From contig CAVTBP010000010.1 of NCBI GenBank assembly GCA_963732985.1, forward strand, positions 23,986 through 87,985: 64,000 nt of DNA, given 5' to 3'. The DNA is from an uncultured Actinomycetes bacterium (GTDB lineage Bacteria > Actinomycetota > Thermoleophilia > Gaiellales > Gaiellaceae). Under the pieces are notes generated by a model, which saw only the letters and a program-made list of their open reading frames with translations, was not told where the DNA came from and did no database searches. Positions 24,028-35,420 of this stretch are shown here, in pieces. The translations under genes were made by a program, and so were the position numbers. Each line of letters opens with the position of its first letter. Position 1 is the first letter of the stretch.

Positions 24028-26323
24028 CTACGCGCGGAGCTCGGCGTCGAACGCCTCCTGTAGGGCCGCGACGATCTTCTCCCGCAGGACGGTCGCCTCC
24101 TCGTCGGAGAGCGTCCGCTCCTGCGACTGGAACACGAGGTGGAGAGCGACCGACTTGCGTCCGTCTCCTGCCTGCTCGCCGTGGTACACGTCGAACACGC
24201 GTGCCTCGCGCAGCTCCGGCCCTCCCGCTCCGCGCGCAGCCGCCACCAGCGCGCCGGCCTCGACGTCGTCGGCGACGACCACGGCGATGTCCTGCCGGTT
24301 GGCGGGATAGGTGATCACGTCCTCGTAGAGGATCCGCTCCGGGACCGGTGCTACGAGTGTGGCCAGATCGAGCTCGAAGACGCCCCAGGTGCCCTCGAGG
24401 AGGGCCGGGTGGAGCTCGCCGAGCCAGCCTGCGTCCGTCTCGCCGGCCTTGCCCGGGTGCAGGAACTCGCGTGCGGCGCGTCGTGGCTCGAACGGAAGGT
24501 GGAGCGTCTCGTACAGCGCCTCGACGGCCGACCGTGCCGTGGCGAACCCACCCTCGGAGATGCCCCCGACGCGCCACCGTTCCTCGGGCAGCTGTTCGCC
24601 GGCCGGCAGGTAGACGCGCGCGAGCTCGAAGAGCGCGATCCCCTCGTTGCCGGCGTCGACGTTGACCTGCGCCGCCTCGATCAGGCCCGTCGAGCAGCGT
24701 CGTTCGCAGCAGGCCACGCTCGGGCCCGGCGTCGGGCACGCCGAGAGCGCCCGGATCCGGGTCGTGGGCGACGAAGCTCAGCGTGTAGGCCTCGGTGAAG
24801 CCGGCGCCGACGAGCACGTCCTCGACGAGCCGGCGCAGGCGCTGCTCGCTCGACAGGTGCCCGGCCACGGAACGCCGCAGCGGCAGCGTCCGCGGCACGC
24901 GGTCGAGCACGACCCGTGCCACCTCTTCGACCAGGTCGATCTCACGGGTCACGTCTCGCGCCCGCCAGGTCGGCACGAGCGCGTCCCACTCGTCGGAGAC
25001 CTCGAATCCGAGGCGGTCGAGGATGGCGCGCTGCTCGTCGGGGGCGATCTCGAGACCCACCACGCGATCGGTGCGCTCCGGTCGCAGCCGCACCACGGGC
25101 CGCTCCGGGAGCTCGCCGTGCACGTCGACGCTTCCCGTCAGCTCTCCGCCCGCGACGTCGACGATGCAGGCGGCTGGCGAGGATCGCGGCCGGCTCGGCG
25201 GCGTACGGGTCGACGCCCTTCTCCCACCGGTTCGATCCCTCGGTGCGGAGACCGAGGCGCTCCGACGTGCGCAGGATCCCGATCGGCTCGAAGTTCGCCG
25301 CCTCGAGCAGGACATCGGTGGTCTCGTCGGTGACCTCGCTCGTCTCCCCGCCCATGATCGCCGCCAGCGCGACCGCTTCCTTCCCGTCGGTGATCATCAG
25401 GTCGGTCGGCAGCACCTCTCGCGTGGTGCCGTCGAGCGTGCGGAGCTTCTCGCCCTTGCGCGCGCGTCGCACCACGATGCGCCCGTCCGCCAGCTTGGCG
25501 CGGTCGAACGCGTGGAGCGGGCTGCCGTGGACGTGCATCACGTAGTTGGTCACGTCGACCACGTTCGAGATCGGTCGCATCCCGGCCGCATGGAGACGGG
25601 CGCGCAGCCACATCGGCGACGGCGCCACGCTGACGCCGCGGATCACGCGGGCGATGTAGCGGGGGCAGCCGTCGGGGTCGTCGACGGCGACGTCCACCCA
25701 CTCGGGATGATGGATGGGCGGATCCTCGACCTCGGAGGGCAGCAGCTCGGCCTCCAGCACGGTCGCACACCTCCCGCGCGATGCCCACCATCGACAGCAG
25801 GTCGACGCGGTTGCGGGTCGGTGTCACGTCGAGCACCTGCTCGCGGAGCGGCAGCACGTCGGCGAGCGGCGTCCCCGGCTCGAGCCCGTCCGGGAGCAGC
25901 ATGATCCCCGCGTGGTCGGCGCCGAGCCCGACCTCGTCCTCGGCCAGGATCATCCCGCGGGAGAGCTGGCCGCGCAGCTCGCGCTCTGCGAGCGGGTCGG
26001 GGAAGCCGGGCAGGCGTGCGCCCGGGAGCCCGACGGCAACCGTCGCGCCGACACCGAAGTTCCAGGCGCCGCAGACGATCTGCTGCGGCTCGGGGTTCCC
26101 GATCTCGACCTGGCAGAGCTGCAGCTTGTCCGCGTTCGGATGATGGTCGGCCGAGAGCACGCGGCCGACGACGAAGTGCTTCAGGTTGTCGCCCTCGTCG
26201 GAGACGCCGAGCTCGAGCACGCGGTCCACCTCGAGCGACGACAGGGCGAGGCGACGCGCGAGGTCGGCGATCGGGACGTCGAAGTCGGACGTACTCGCGC
26301 AGCCAGCTGACCGGGACGCGCAT
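24028..26323 (-). CDS. pheT: phenylalanine--tRNA ligase beta subunit (frameshifted)
   Basis: MRVPVSWLREY, HPNADKL, IVCGAWN, TRNRVDLLS, RPISNVVDVTNY, PTWRARD, FDVYHG, ERTLSDEE. Confidence 0.97.
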
Positions 26324-27322
26324 CTAGAACTGCCTCGAGAAGCGGAGGTCGTTGCGCCAGAGCTCGCGCAGATCCGGGAACTCGTGCCGCAGCATGGCGA
26401 TGCGCTCCAGCCCCCAGCCGAATGCGAAGCCGGTGTAGCGCTCCGGGTCGTAGCCGACGAACTCGAACAGCTTCGGGTCGACCATGCCGGCGCCGCCGAC
26501 CTCGATCCAGCCCGAGTGGCGGCAGACGGGGCAGCCGTCGCCGTCGCAGACGTGGCACGAGACGTACGCCTCGATCGACGGCTCGGTGAAGGGGAAGTTG
26601 TGCGTGCGGAACTCCGTGCGCCGCTGCTCTCCGAAGAGGGCGCGCAGCAGGAAGTCGAGCGTGCCGGTGAGGTCGGCGAGCGTGATCCCCTCGTCGACGG
26701 CGAGGCCCTCGACCTGGTGGAAGATCTCGGTGTGCGTTGCGTCGATGGTCTCGCGTCGGTAGACGCGCCCGAGGCTGACCACGTAGATGGGTGGCTGTTG
26801 CGACTCCATGACCCTGATCTGCGAGGGCGACGTCTCGGTGCGGAGCACCGTGCTCTCGTCGAGGAAGAACGTCTGCGAGCGGTGAGCGGGCGGGATGACC
26901 CTCGTCGAAGTTGAGCCCGTCGAAGTTGTAGTGAGTGGACTCGACCTCGCGGCCGTCGACGACCCTGTAGCCGAGCCCGAGGAAGACGTCCTCGACCTCG
27001 CGGCGGATCTGCGTGATCAGGTGGAGGTGCCCGCCGGCGATAGCCGCCGGTGGGGAGTGTCACGTCGACGCGCTCGTCCGTCAGCCGGCGGTCGAGCTCG
27101 AGCGCGTCGTAGCTCGACGGTGCGCGCGTCGATCGCGTCTTCGAGCGTGCCGCGAGCCGCGTTGAGCGCCATGCCGGTCTCGCGATCGCGTACGTCGCGC
27201 AGCGCCAGCTTGAGCGCGCTCTTGCGGCCGAGATAGTCGACGCGCACCTGCTCGATCTCGTCGACCGTCGACGCAGCGGCGACCGCGGCAAGGGCCTCCT
27301 GCTCGAGCGCCTGCACGTCCAT
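26324..27322 (-). CDS. pheS: phenylalanine--tRNA ligase alpha subunit (frameshifted)
   Basis: LRTETSPSQIR, FHQVEGL, FPFTEPS, GAGMVDP, GFAFGWGLERIAML, DLRFSRQF. Confidence 0.97.
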
Positions 27323-27405
27323 TGGCATGCGAGGGTACCGGGATGATCGGTGCCCGGCACCGCTCAGCGGTACCGGGCGCCAGGCGCGATGCTTCAATCA
27401 CGTGG

Positions 27406-28113
27406 ATGGGCTCGTACGACGCCTTCGCGCCGATCTACGACGACTGGTCGGCGCCGATGACCGAGGACGTCGCGTTCTACGTCGAGCTCGCGCTGCGAAG
27501 CCGACGGCCCCGTCGTGGAGCTCGCGGTCGGCAACGGGCGCGTCGCCGTGCCGGTGGCGGAGGCGATTGGCCGGAGCGTGATCGGTATCGACGCGTCGCC
27601 CGCCATGCTGGCCGGGGCGCGCGAGCGGGCCGACCGTGCAGGCGTGGAGCTCGACCTGCGGCAGGCCGACATGCGCGAGCTCTCCCTCGACGAGCCGGCG
27701 GGCGCTCGTGTACTGCCCGTTCCGCTCGCTGCTGCATCTCCCCACGTGGGCCGATCGCCGGCGCGTCTTCGAGCGGGTCGCCGCGTCGCTACGCCCCGGG
27801 CGGCCGCTTCGCCTGGAACGCCTTCGTCTTCCTTCCCTCGATCGCGACGGAGATCGACGGCCGCTGGCGTGACCAGAACGGCGTCCGGCACCGCTGCGAC
27901 TACGCCCCGGCGGACAACCGCGTGGACGTGACGCTCGAAAGCGGGGCGTCGGTGTCCCTCTGGTGGGTCGCCCGCTCCGAGTGGGAGGCGCTCGTGGACG
28001 TCGCCGGCCTCGAGATCGAGGCGCTCTACGGGTGGTTCGACCGGCGGCCGTTCGACGACGCGAGCAGCGAGTTCGTGTACGTGGCACGCAAGCGCGAAGG
28101 GTCAGGCCCGTGA
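27406..28113 (+). CDS. class I SAM-dependent methyltransferase, copy 1 (frameshifted)
   Basis: YDAFAPIYD...ELAVGNGRV...GIDASPAML...DMR. Confidence 0.88.
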   Translation: MGSYDAFAPIYDDWSAPMTEDVAFYVELALRSRRPRRGARGRQRARRRAGGGGDWPERDRYRRVARHAGRGARAGRPCRRGARPAAGRHARALPRRAGGRSCTARSARCCISPRGPIAGASSSGSPRRYAPGGRFAWNAFVFLPSIATEIDGRWRDQNGVRHRCDYAPADNRVDVTLESGASVSLWWVARSEWEALVDVAGLEIEALYGWFDRRPFDDASSEFVYVARKREGSGP

Positions 28114-28833
28114 CGCCCGACCCGGCCGTGCCGCTGTACGACGCGATCGCCGGCATCTACGACCCGTGGTCGGCGTCGGTGACGGAGGACGTCGAGTTCT
28201 ACGTCGAGGTCGCCCTCGCGTCCGGTGGCCCGGTGGTCGAGCTTGCGGTCGGGACGGGGCGGGTCGCGATCCCCATCGCACAGGCCGGAGTCCCGGTGAT
28301 CGGCATCGACCAGTCCGCGGAGATGCTCGCCGTGGCCCGCGCCTACGCGGAGCGCGAGAGCGTCGCCGAGCTCGTCGACCTCCGCCGCGGCGACCTGCTC
28401 GAGCCACCGGTGGAGGAGCGTGTGCCGCTCGTGACCTGCCCGTTCCGCTCGCTGCTCCATCTGGAGAGCGCCGAGGACAAGCTCGCAGCCCTGCGCGCGG
28501 CGCGCGGACCTGCTGTCACCCGACGGGCGCTTCGTGTTCGACGTCTTCGCCCCGTCCCGCGAGGACATCGAGGAGACGGACGGACGCTGGCTCGAGCGTG
28601 AGCCGGGCATCTTCGAGCGCGCCGACTGGGACGAGGAGGCCCGGACGCTGACGCTGTCCGTGCGCTCCGGAGGCACCGCTGCGTCCTTCGGCCTGCACTG
28701 GCTCGGCGAGCCGGAGTGGCGAGCGCTTCTGGACGAGGCGGGCTTCGAGGTCGAGGCGCTCTACGGCTGGTTCGACCGGCGCCCGTTCGACGGCGGCGAG
28801 GACATGATCTGGGTCTGCCGGCGCCGCGTCTGA
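28110..28833 (+). CDS. class I SAM-dependent methyltransferase, copy 2 (frameshifted)
   Basis: YDAIAGIYD...ELAVGTGRV...GIDQSAEML; GTGA overlap with copy 1. Confidence 0.88.
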
Positions 28834-28896
28834 CCGGTCGTCCGGGCTCGCCCGCGCAGCTTCGCCGACGGGCCGGAACCGTTAGAGTCGCGGTCG

Positions 28897-29502
28897 ATGG
28901 TGTGGCTGCTCGTGATCCTCGGCGTGATCGCGGTCATCGTGATCGCGGTCATCGTCCTCTACAACAACTTTGTCCGGCTGCGAAACCGCGTCGACAACGC
29001 GTGGGCGCAGATCGAGGTGCAGCTCAAGCGGCGCTGGGACCTGATCCCCAACCTCGTCGAGTCGGTCAAGGGCTACGCCGCCCACGAGCGCGGGACCTTC
29101 GAGGCCGTCACCGAGGCGCGCGCCGCCGCCCAGCAGGCCCGCACGCCGGAGCAGGCAGGGCAGGCGGAAGGGCTGCTGAGCCAGGCGCTGGGTCGCCTGT
29201 TCGCGGTCGCCGAGGCCTATCCGGAGCTGCAGGCGGACGAGAACTTCCGGCAGCTCCAGACCGAGCTCGCGGAGACGGAGAACAGGATCGCCGTCTCACG
29301 CCAGGTCTACAACGACACCGTGCTCACGTTCAACAACGCGATCCAGACCTTCCCGGGCGTGCTGCTCGCAGGGCACGTTCGGGTTCACGCAGCGCGAGTT
29401 CTTCGAGGTCGAGGACGACGCGCAGCGGGAAGTGCCGCGCGTCGACTTCTCCCGTCCGCCCGCCGTCGGGGACGCGGGCGCCGCGGGCGGAGCGTCGAGT
29501 GA
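28897..29502 (+). CDS. lemA: LemA family protein
   Basis: N-terminal TM; [45 protein letters not shown]. Confidence 0.95.
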   Translation: MVWLLVILGVIAVIVIAVIVLYNNFVRLRNRVDNAWAQIEVQLKRRWDLIPNLVESVKGYAAHERGTFEAVTEARAAAQQARTPEQAGQAEGLLSQALGRLFAVAEAYPELQADENFRQLQTELAETENRIAVSRQVYNDTVLTFNNAIQTFPGVLLAGHVRVHAARVLRGRGRRAAGSAARRLLPSARRRGRGRRGRSVE

Positions 29503-31399
29503 GCCGCCGAGCACGTAGCGTTCTCGCCCTCGCGGCGGTCGCGCTCCTCTCTCTCGCACTCGCAGCCGCCGCCCAGGCTCGTTCGTACGCTCTCCTCGAG
29601 AGCAACGTCACGGCCGCCGTCGGCGCAGGACGGCAGCCTCTCGGTCGTCGAGCGGATCACGGTCTCGTTCGACGGGAGCTACACGTTCGGCTTCCGCGAG
29701 GTGCCCTACCGGTCGGGCGAGCGCATCGACGGCATCTCGGTCTCCGAGAACGGCACCGCGTACCGTCCCGGCGCGCTCGACCGAGCTCGAGCCGGGCGGC
29801 CCGGCCGGCACGTTCGGCGTGCGCGACCTCGGCGGCCGCGTACGCATCGTCTGGCGCTTCGCAGTCGGGCGCGGGCGGCACGCGGACGTTCACGATCCGC
29901 TACCGGATACGCGGCCTCGCGGTCGCCTACGACGACGTCGTCGACGTGAACCTCAAGGTGTGGGGCGACGAGTGGGAGCAGTCGCTCGGTCGGCTGACGC
30001 GCCGACGATGCGAGGGCCGGGCAACGTCGTCCGTGCGTGGGGTCACCCGGTGTGGGTGCGGGGAGACGTCACCCTGCAGGGCAACAGGGCTCTGCTGCGG
30101 GCGGTGGACATCTCGGCGAACCAGTTCGTCGAGCTGCGCGCGCTGTTCCCGCGCCGCTCCTTCACCTCGACGTCGGGAATGAAGGTCGAGGACGGTCCCG
30201 GCCTGCAGAAGATCATCGCCGAGGAGCGGGAGGACGCAGCCGAATACGCCCGCGACCGCGAGCGGATCGACGATGCGATCGCGCACCCGTGGCGCACCGT
30301 CCTGATCCTGCTCGCGCTCGCGACGATCCCCGCCTTCCTGGTCGCAGCCGCCGTCTTCTGGCTGTACGGCCGCGAGCTCGGCACCGGGTACGACCGCGAG
30401 TACGAGCAGGAGCCGCCGACGGAGACAGAGCCCGCTCTGGTGCCCACGCTGATGCGGCAGGGTGGCGAGGCGGGCTCGTTCGAGTTCACGGCGACGCTCT
30501 TCGATCTCGTGCGCCGGGGCGTCTACCACGCCGAGCCGACGACGACCGAGCGCTCGATCTGGGGTGGCCTGCGCAAGGAGCGGGTGCACGACCTCCAGCT
30601 CTCGGCCGGCAGCCACGACGAGGCGCTGCACACCCTGGGAGAAGGAGGTCACGCGCGTGGTCGACGACGTGCTCGACGGCGGCACCGAGGTGCTCTCCGG
30701 CTTCCGCAAGCGCATCGAGGCCGACCGCGAGCAGATGTCCAAGCGGTTCGCGGCGTTCAAGGAGGACGTCGGCAGCGAGGTGAGCAGCCGGCGCTGGTTC
30801 CGGTCGATCGGAGCGCTCCCGCTGGGCATCGGCGTGGTCGCGTTCGCCGGGATCGGCGCTGCTGCTCGGCTGGAGCGCGCTCGACGGCTGGCGCAGCGTC
30901 TATCCGAGGTGGAGCGACGTGGTGCTGCTGGCGCTGGCTGCGTGCTCGCTTCGTCAACGCGGCGGTGCTGCTCGGGACGCTCGTCCGAGGGCGAAAGCTG
31001 TGGCGTCGCAGGTCGCGTGAGGCCGGGATCGAAGCCGAGCGCTGGGAGGCGTTCCGCCGCTACCTGACGGACTTCCCACGCCTGGACGAGGCGCCGCCGG
31101 CGTCGCTCGCGCTGTGGGAGCGCTTTCTCGTCTACGGGATCGCGTTCGGGATCGCCGACCGCGTCCTGCAGGCGGCACACCTCCACATGCCCGAGCAGCT
31201 GGCGCAGGCGAGCTCGATCTACTGGATCTCACCCGGCGGCGACCTCGGCTCCGGCGCCTCGTCGCTCTCGATCGGCGACCTCTCGTCCGGCTTCGGCTCT
31301 GCGCTCGCGCCGCCCTCGTCCGGCTCGGGAGGTGGCGGAGGCGGCTTCTCGGGCGGCGGCGGAGGCGGCGGAGGCGGCGGGGGCGGCGGCTTCGGCTAG
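29499..31399 (+). CDS. DUF2207 membrane protein (frameshifted)
   Basis: Signal peptide; [26 protein letters not shown]; Gly-rich C-terminus [20 protein letters not shown]; usual lemA partner. Confidence 0.88.
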
Positions 31400-32088
31400 C
31401 CGTCCCGATTGAGCCGCGACGCGACAGCTCGTAGAGCGCGATCGCGCCGGCGGCCGCGACGTTGAGCGATTCGGCCTCGCCCGGCAACCGAATAGTCGCC
31501 ACACGACCGTCCGTGACGAGCATCGCGCGGCAGACCGCCGCGCTCGGACCCGAGCACGAAGGTCAGCGGGGGCTCGAGGTCCAGCTCCGTCAGCGGAGCA
31601 CCCCCGTGGGCGACAAGCGCGACGCGTCGGCCCGGCGCCTCGTCCCACGCCACGACCGGCACACGGAAGACGGCGCCCGCCGACGCGCGCAGCGCCTTCG
31701 GCGACAGCGGGTCGGCACAGCCCGTCGGACAACGCCACGCACGCACCGAAGGCATCGGCAGTGCGGAGCAGCGTCCCGACGTTGCCCGGATCGCCGACTC
31801 GCCAGAGCGCGAGGCAGACGTCGCGGAGCCTTGGTCGGAAGGGCTGAGCGCGCATACACTCCGATCGCGCGGGCGGGGTGCGGCAGCGTCGAGACGGACG
31901 CAAGCAGCCTCGGGGGAGACGTTCTCGCCCGCGACCAACAGATCGACGGGCTCGACGCCGGCACTCCGCGCGGCGTCGACGAGGTCCTCCCCCTCGCAGG
32001 CGAACAGACCGGTCTCGTCGCGGTGCTTGCGCGCCGAGAGGAGCTTGCGGACGCGCTTGAGCCGCTCGTTGTCGCGCGACTCGATCAC
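31396..32088 (-). CDS. TrmH/SpoU family RNA methyltransferase (frameshifted)
   Basis: DPGNVGTLLRTA, PKALRASAG, LGSERGGL, ESLNVAAAGAIALY. Confidence 0.9.
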   Translation of the reverse strand: MIESRDNERLKRVRKLLSARKHRDETGLFACEGEDLVDAARSAGVEPVDLLVAGENVSPEAACVRLDAAAPRPRDRSVCALSPSDQGSATSASRSGESAIRATSGRCSALPMPSVRAWRCPTGCADPLSPKALRASAGAVFRVPVVAWDEAPGRRVALVAHGGAPLTELDLEPPLTFVLGSERGGLPRDARHGRSCGDYSVAGRGRIAQRRGRRRDRALRAVASRLNRDG

Positions 32089-32115
32089 GCGACCCGGGTC
32101 ACCGCCGCGGCCGGG

Positions 32116-32481
32116 TCAGGCCGCGTTCGCGAGCGCGGCCTTGGCCTGCTCGGCGACCGCTGCGAACGCGTCCGGCTCGTTCATCGCCAGATCGGCGAGC
32201 GACTTGCGGTCGAGCTCGATGCCGGCCTTGCCGAGGCCGTGGACGAGCTGGTTGTAGGAGAGCCCGTTCTGCCGCGCCGCGGCGTTGATGCGGATGATCC
32301 AGAGCGAGCGAAAGGTGCGCTTGCGGTTCTTGCGGTCGCGGTACGCGTAGACGAGCGAGTGGTCGACCTGCTCCTTGGCGTACGTGTAGTGCGACTTCTT
32401 GAGCCCGTAGTAGCCCTTCGCCTGCTCGAGTACCTTGCGGCGCTTCTTGCGCGCGGCAACGGATCGCTTGACGCGAGGCAT
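32116..32481 (-). CDS. rplT: 50S ribosomal protein L20
   Basis: [40 protein letters not shown]. Confidence 0.99.
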   Translation of the reverse strand: MPRVKRSVAARKKRRKVLEQAKGYYGLKKSHYTYAKEQVDHSLVYAYRDRKNRKRTFRSLWIIRINAAARQNGLSYNQLVHGLGKAGIELDRKSLADLAMNEPDAFAAVAEQAKAALANAA

Positions 32482-32484
32482 GGC

Positions 32485-32682
32485 TCAGCTCCTCCCCAGC
32501 AGCTTCTTGATCGACTTCGCGTCGCTCGGAGCGACCTCGTACTCCTTGCGGAAGCCGCGCCTACGCTTCGACGACTTCTTCTGCAGGTTGTGGCTCTTCA
32601 TCGCGTGACGGCGCAGGAGCTTCCCCGCCCCCGTCACCTTGAACCTCTTCTTCGCCCCGCTTGATGTCTTCACCTTCGGCAT
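32485..32682 (-). CDS. rpmI: 50S ribosomal protein L35
   Basis: [21 protein letters not shown]; GGAG RBS. Confidence 0.98.
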   Translation of the reverse strand: MPKVKTSSGAKKRFKVTGAGKLLRRHAMKSHNLQKKSSKRRRGFRKEYEVAPSDAKSIKKLLGRS

Positions 32683-33262
32683 CGCGTTTCACTCCTGCGT
32701 TCTTTGTCGGCCCGAGAACCATGACCATGTTGCGTCCGTCGAGAAGGGGCTGCTGCTCGATCTGCCCGATCTCCTTGACGTCTTCGGCGAGACGCTCCAG
32801 AAGCATCCGACCCCGTTCCGGGTGGAGGGTCTCCCGCCCCCGGAACATGATCGTCACCTTGACCTTCGCCCGCTGGTTCAGGAAACGGACGACGTGGCCC
32901 TTCTTGGTCTCGTAGTCGTGGATCCCGATCTTCGGTCTGAACTTGATCTCCTTGATGTTGATCTGCGACTGGTGCTTGCGCGCCTGCTTCGCCCGCTGCT
33001 CCTGCTCGTAGCGCCACTTCCCGTAATCCATCACCCGCGCCACGGGCGGGTCGGCGTTCTTCGCGACCTCCACGAGGTCGAGGTTCTTCGAGTACGCGTA
33101 CTCGAGCGCCTCCTTCGTGTCCTTGATCCCGATCTGCTCGCCGTCCTCGCCGACGAGCCTCACCCGCGGCACGCGAATCTGCTCGTTGATCCGATCCTGC
33201 TGGACGACCGGCCGCGTCCTGTCCTCGGGACGACGCCTGGGTCTCAAAGGCCACTCACCAAG
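32561..33262 (-). CDS. infC: translation initiation factor IF-3 (probable non-canonical CTT start; frame runs 122 bp into rpmI)
   Basis: [52 protein letters not shown]. Confidence 0.96.
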   Translation of the reverse strand, partial: LGEWPLRPRRRPEDRTRPVVQQDRINEQIRVPRVRLVGEDGEQIGIKDTKEALEYAYSKNLDLVEVAKNADPPVARVMDYGKWRYEQEQRAKQARKHQSQINIKEIKFRPKIGIHDYETKKGHVVRFLNQRAKVKVTIMFRGRETLHPERGRMLLERLAEDVKEIGQIEQQPLLDGRNMVMVLGPTKNAGVKRDAEGEDIKRGEEEVQGDGGGEAPAPSRDEEPQPAEEVVEA

Positions 33263-33321
33263 CTCTGTTACCTCTCAAGTCCTCGTTGTTCCTTCCTCTC
33301 AATGCCGATTCTGCTCTCGAA

Positions 33322-33431
33322 CACGAAAAGCCGCTGCACGCAGCGGCACCGGATCCTCGTCTTGCGACTCGGTTGAACCCCGCGCGACGCGCTGCCGGCG
33401 AGGTGAGGGGCGATGCCGTCCCTGCTTGCAG
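33322..33431 (-). ncRNA. L20-leader-like cis-regulatory RNA with intrinsic terminator upstream of infC-rpmI-rplT
   Basis: 5' AAGCAGGGACGGCAUCGCCCCUCACCU resembles the Firmicutes L20 leader 5' hairpin; GGCAUC can pair with downstream GGUGCC; GCCGCUGC-gu-GCAGCGGC-UUUU at 33347-33326. Confidence 0.65.
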
Positions 33432-33437
33432 AGATGG

Positions 33438-33443
33438 AGCGTA
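33438..33443 (-). promoter_or_regulatory. putative -10 box (TACGCT) for the infC leader
   Basis: TANNNT immediately upstream of the leader-like sequence. Confidence 0.5.
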
Positions 33444-33507
33444 GCAGGCTCGTAGCGGCGGGATACGTCGCGTCTTGCCGCGGACGCGGTGACCGAAGAT
33501 CCGACCG

Positions 33508-35420
33508 CTACGAACCGGTCGTCGGGCTCTGCGACGCGAGCTCGGCGAGCAGCTCGTCCAGGGAGAGCGTCGCCTGTGCGTCGCCGCCGCGCCGCCTCAC
33601 GGCGAGCGCGTCGTCGCTCTCGCGATCACCCCACACGACGGCGTAGGGCACCTTCTCGAGCTCGACGTCGCGGATGCGCTTGCCGAGCGTCTCGGCGCGA
33701 TCGTCCACCTCGGCGCGGTAGCCGGCGTCGCGGAGCCGCGCCGCCAGGGCGCGCGCCGCCTCGTGGTGGTCCTCGCCGACGGGCACGACGCGCACCTGCA
33801 CCGGGCGCCAGCCAGAGCGGGAACGCGCCGCCGTAGTGCTCGATCAGGATGCCGATGAAGCGCTCGAGCGACCCGAGCAGCGCACGATGGATCACGTACG
33901 GCGTGTGCTCGTGGTTGTCGGCGCCCATGTAGGTGAGGCCGAACCGCTGCGGCATCTGGCTGTCGAGCTGGATCGTCCCCATCTGCCACGAGCGACCCAG
34001 GACGTCCTTCATGTGGAGGTCGATCTTGGGCCCGTAGAACGCCCCTTCGCCCTCACCGACGAAGAAGTCGAGCCCGCGCCTCTCGAGCGCCGACCGGAGC
34101 GCCTCCTCGGTGAAGTCCCACTCCTCGTCGGTGCCGAGCTTGTCCTCGGGTCGGGTCGAGAGCTCGAAGCGAGCCTCCACCCCGAACAGGTCGTAGAGGA
34201 AGGCGACGTAGTCGAGGCAGCCGAAGATCTCGTCCTCGATCTGCTCGCGGGTGCAGAAGATGTGGGCGTCGTCCTGCGTCACGTGCCGGACACGCAGGAG
34301 GCCGTGAAGCGTGCCGGCGAGCTCGTTTCGGTGCAGCGTCGAGGACTCCGCGAAGCGCACCGGCAGCTCCCTGTAGCTGCGCAGCTGGCTGCCGAACAGG
34401 AGCATGTGCCCGGGGCAGTTCATCGGCTTGAGGCCCCAGGTCTTGCCCTCGTCCTCGATGAGGAACATGTTGTCGCGGAACTTCTCCCAGTGCCCGGAGG
34501 TGACCCAGAGCTCGGAGTCGTAGATGAGCGGGGTCTTCACCTCGTCGTAGCCGCGCTCGCGGTTCTCGCGGCGACGGAGGTCCTCGAGCTCGTTCCAGAC
34601 CACCATCCCCTTGGGGTGCCACAACGGTGATCCCGGCGAGTGGTCGTCGAAGTGGAAGAGGTCGAGCTGCTGGCCGAGCCGGCGGTGGTCGCGGGCGCGC
34701 GCCTGCTCGAGCCGCTCGAGGTGCGCGTCGAGGTCGGCCTGCGAGTAGAAGGCCGTCCCGTAGATCCGCGTCAGCTGCGTGTTCTTCTCGTCACCGCGCC
34801 AGTAGGCGCCGGCGAGACCGGTGAGCTTGACCGCCTTGATCGGCGTCGCGCTCTGGAGATGCGGCCCGCGGCAGAGGTCGGTGAAGTCGCCCTGCGTGTA
34901 GAGCGTGATGTCGCCCTCGGCCGTGTCGACGAGCTCGACCTTGTACGGCTCACCCTCCGCGTCGAACCGCTGCGCGTGCTTCGTCGCGCGTGATCTCCTC
35001 GCGCTCCCACGTCGCGGCCCTCGTCGATCTCACTCCGGATCTCGTCCTCGATCGCCTCGAGGTCGCCTTCGTGGATCGGCTCCGGGAACTCGAAGTCGTA
35101 GTAGAAGCCACCGTCGATCGGCGGGCCGATCGCGACCTTCACACCCGGGTACAGGCGGCGCACGGCCTCGGCGAGCAGGTGCGCCGTGGAGTGGCGGAGC
35201 ACGTACAGGGCGTCCGGGTCCGTGCGTGTCGCGCGTGGTGAGGATCTGGATGCCGCGCACCGTCCGGCGAGCGGCAGCCGCGCAGGTCGCGCGGCTCGCC
35301 GTCGGCACGCACCAGCACCGCCTGCTCGGCGAGCTTCGGCCCGATCGCGCGCGCGGCGTCGAGCCCGGTCGCGCCCTCCGGCAGCTCGAGCTCGGTCTCG
35401 TCGGGCAGGACGACCTTCAT
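33508..35420 (-). CDS. thrS: threonine--tRNA ligase (frameshifted)
   Basis: [61 protein letters not shown]. Confidence 0.98.

Noticed and set aside
26515-26560. CxxC...CxxC motif in PheS as a novelty
   Set aside because: This Cys-rich insertion is common in bacterial PheS.
27323-27405. T-box leader for pheS (and for thrS at 35421-35680)
   Set aside because: No T-box consensus or specifier stem seen; both genes have a -10 box within 9 nt of the start.
31320-31396. GGC tandem repeat
   Set aside because: Encodes the normal Gly-rich tail of DUF2207 proteins.
24028-35420. Programmed frameshifting or pseudogenisation of pheT, pheS and thrS
   Set aside because: Indels are scattered through nearly all genes without slippery motifs; sequencing error is the simpler explanation.
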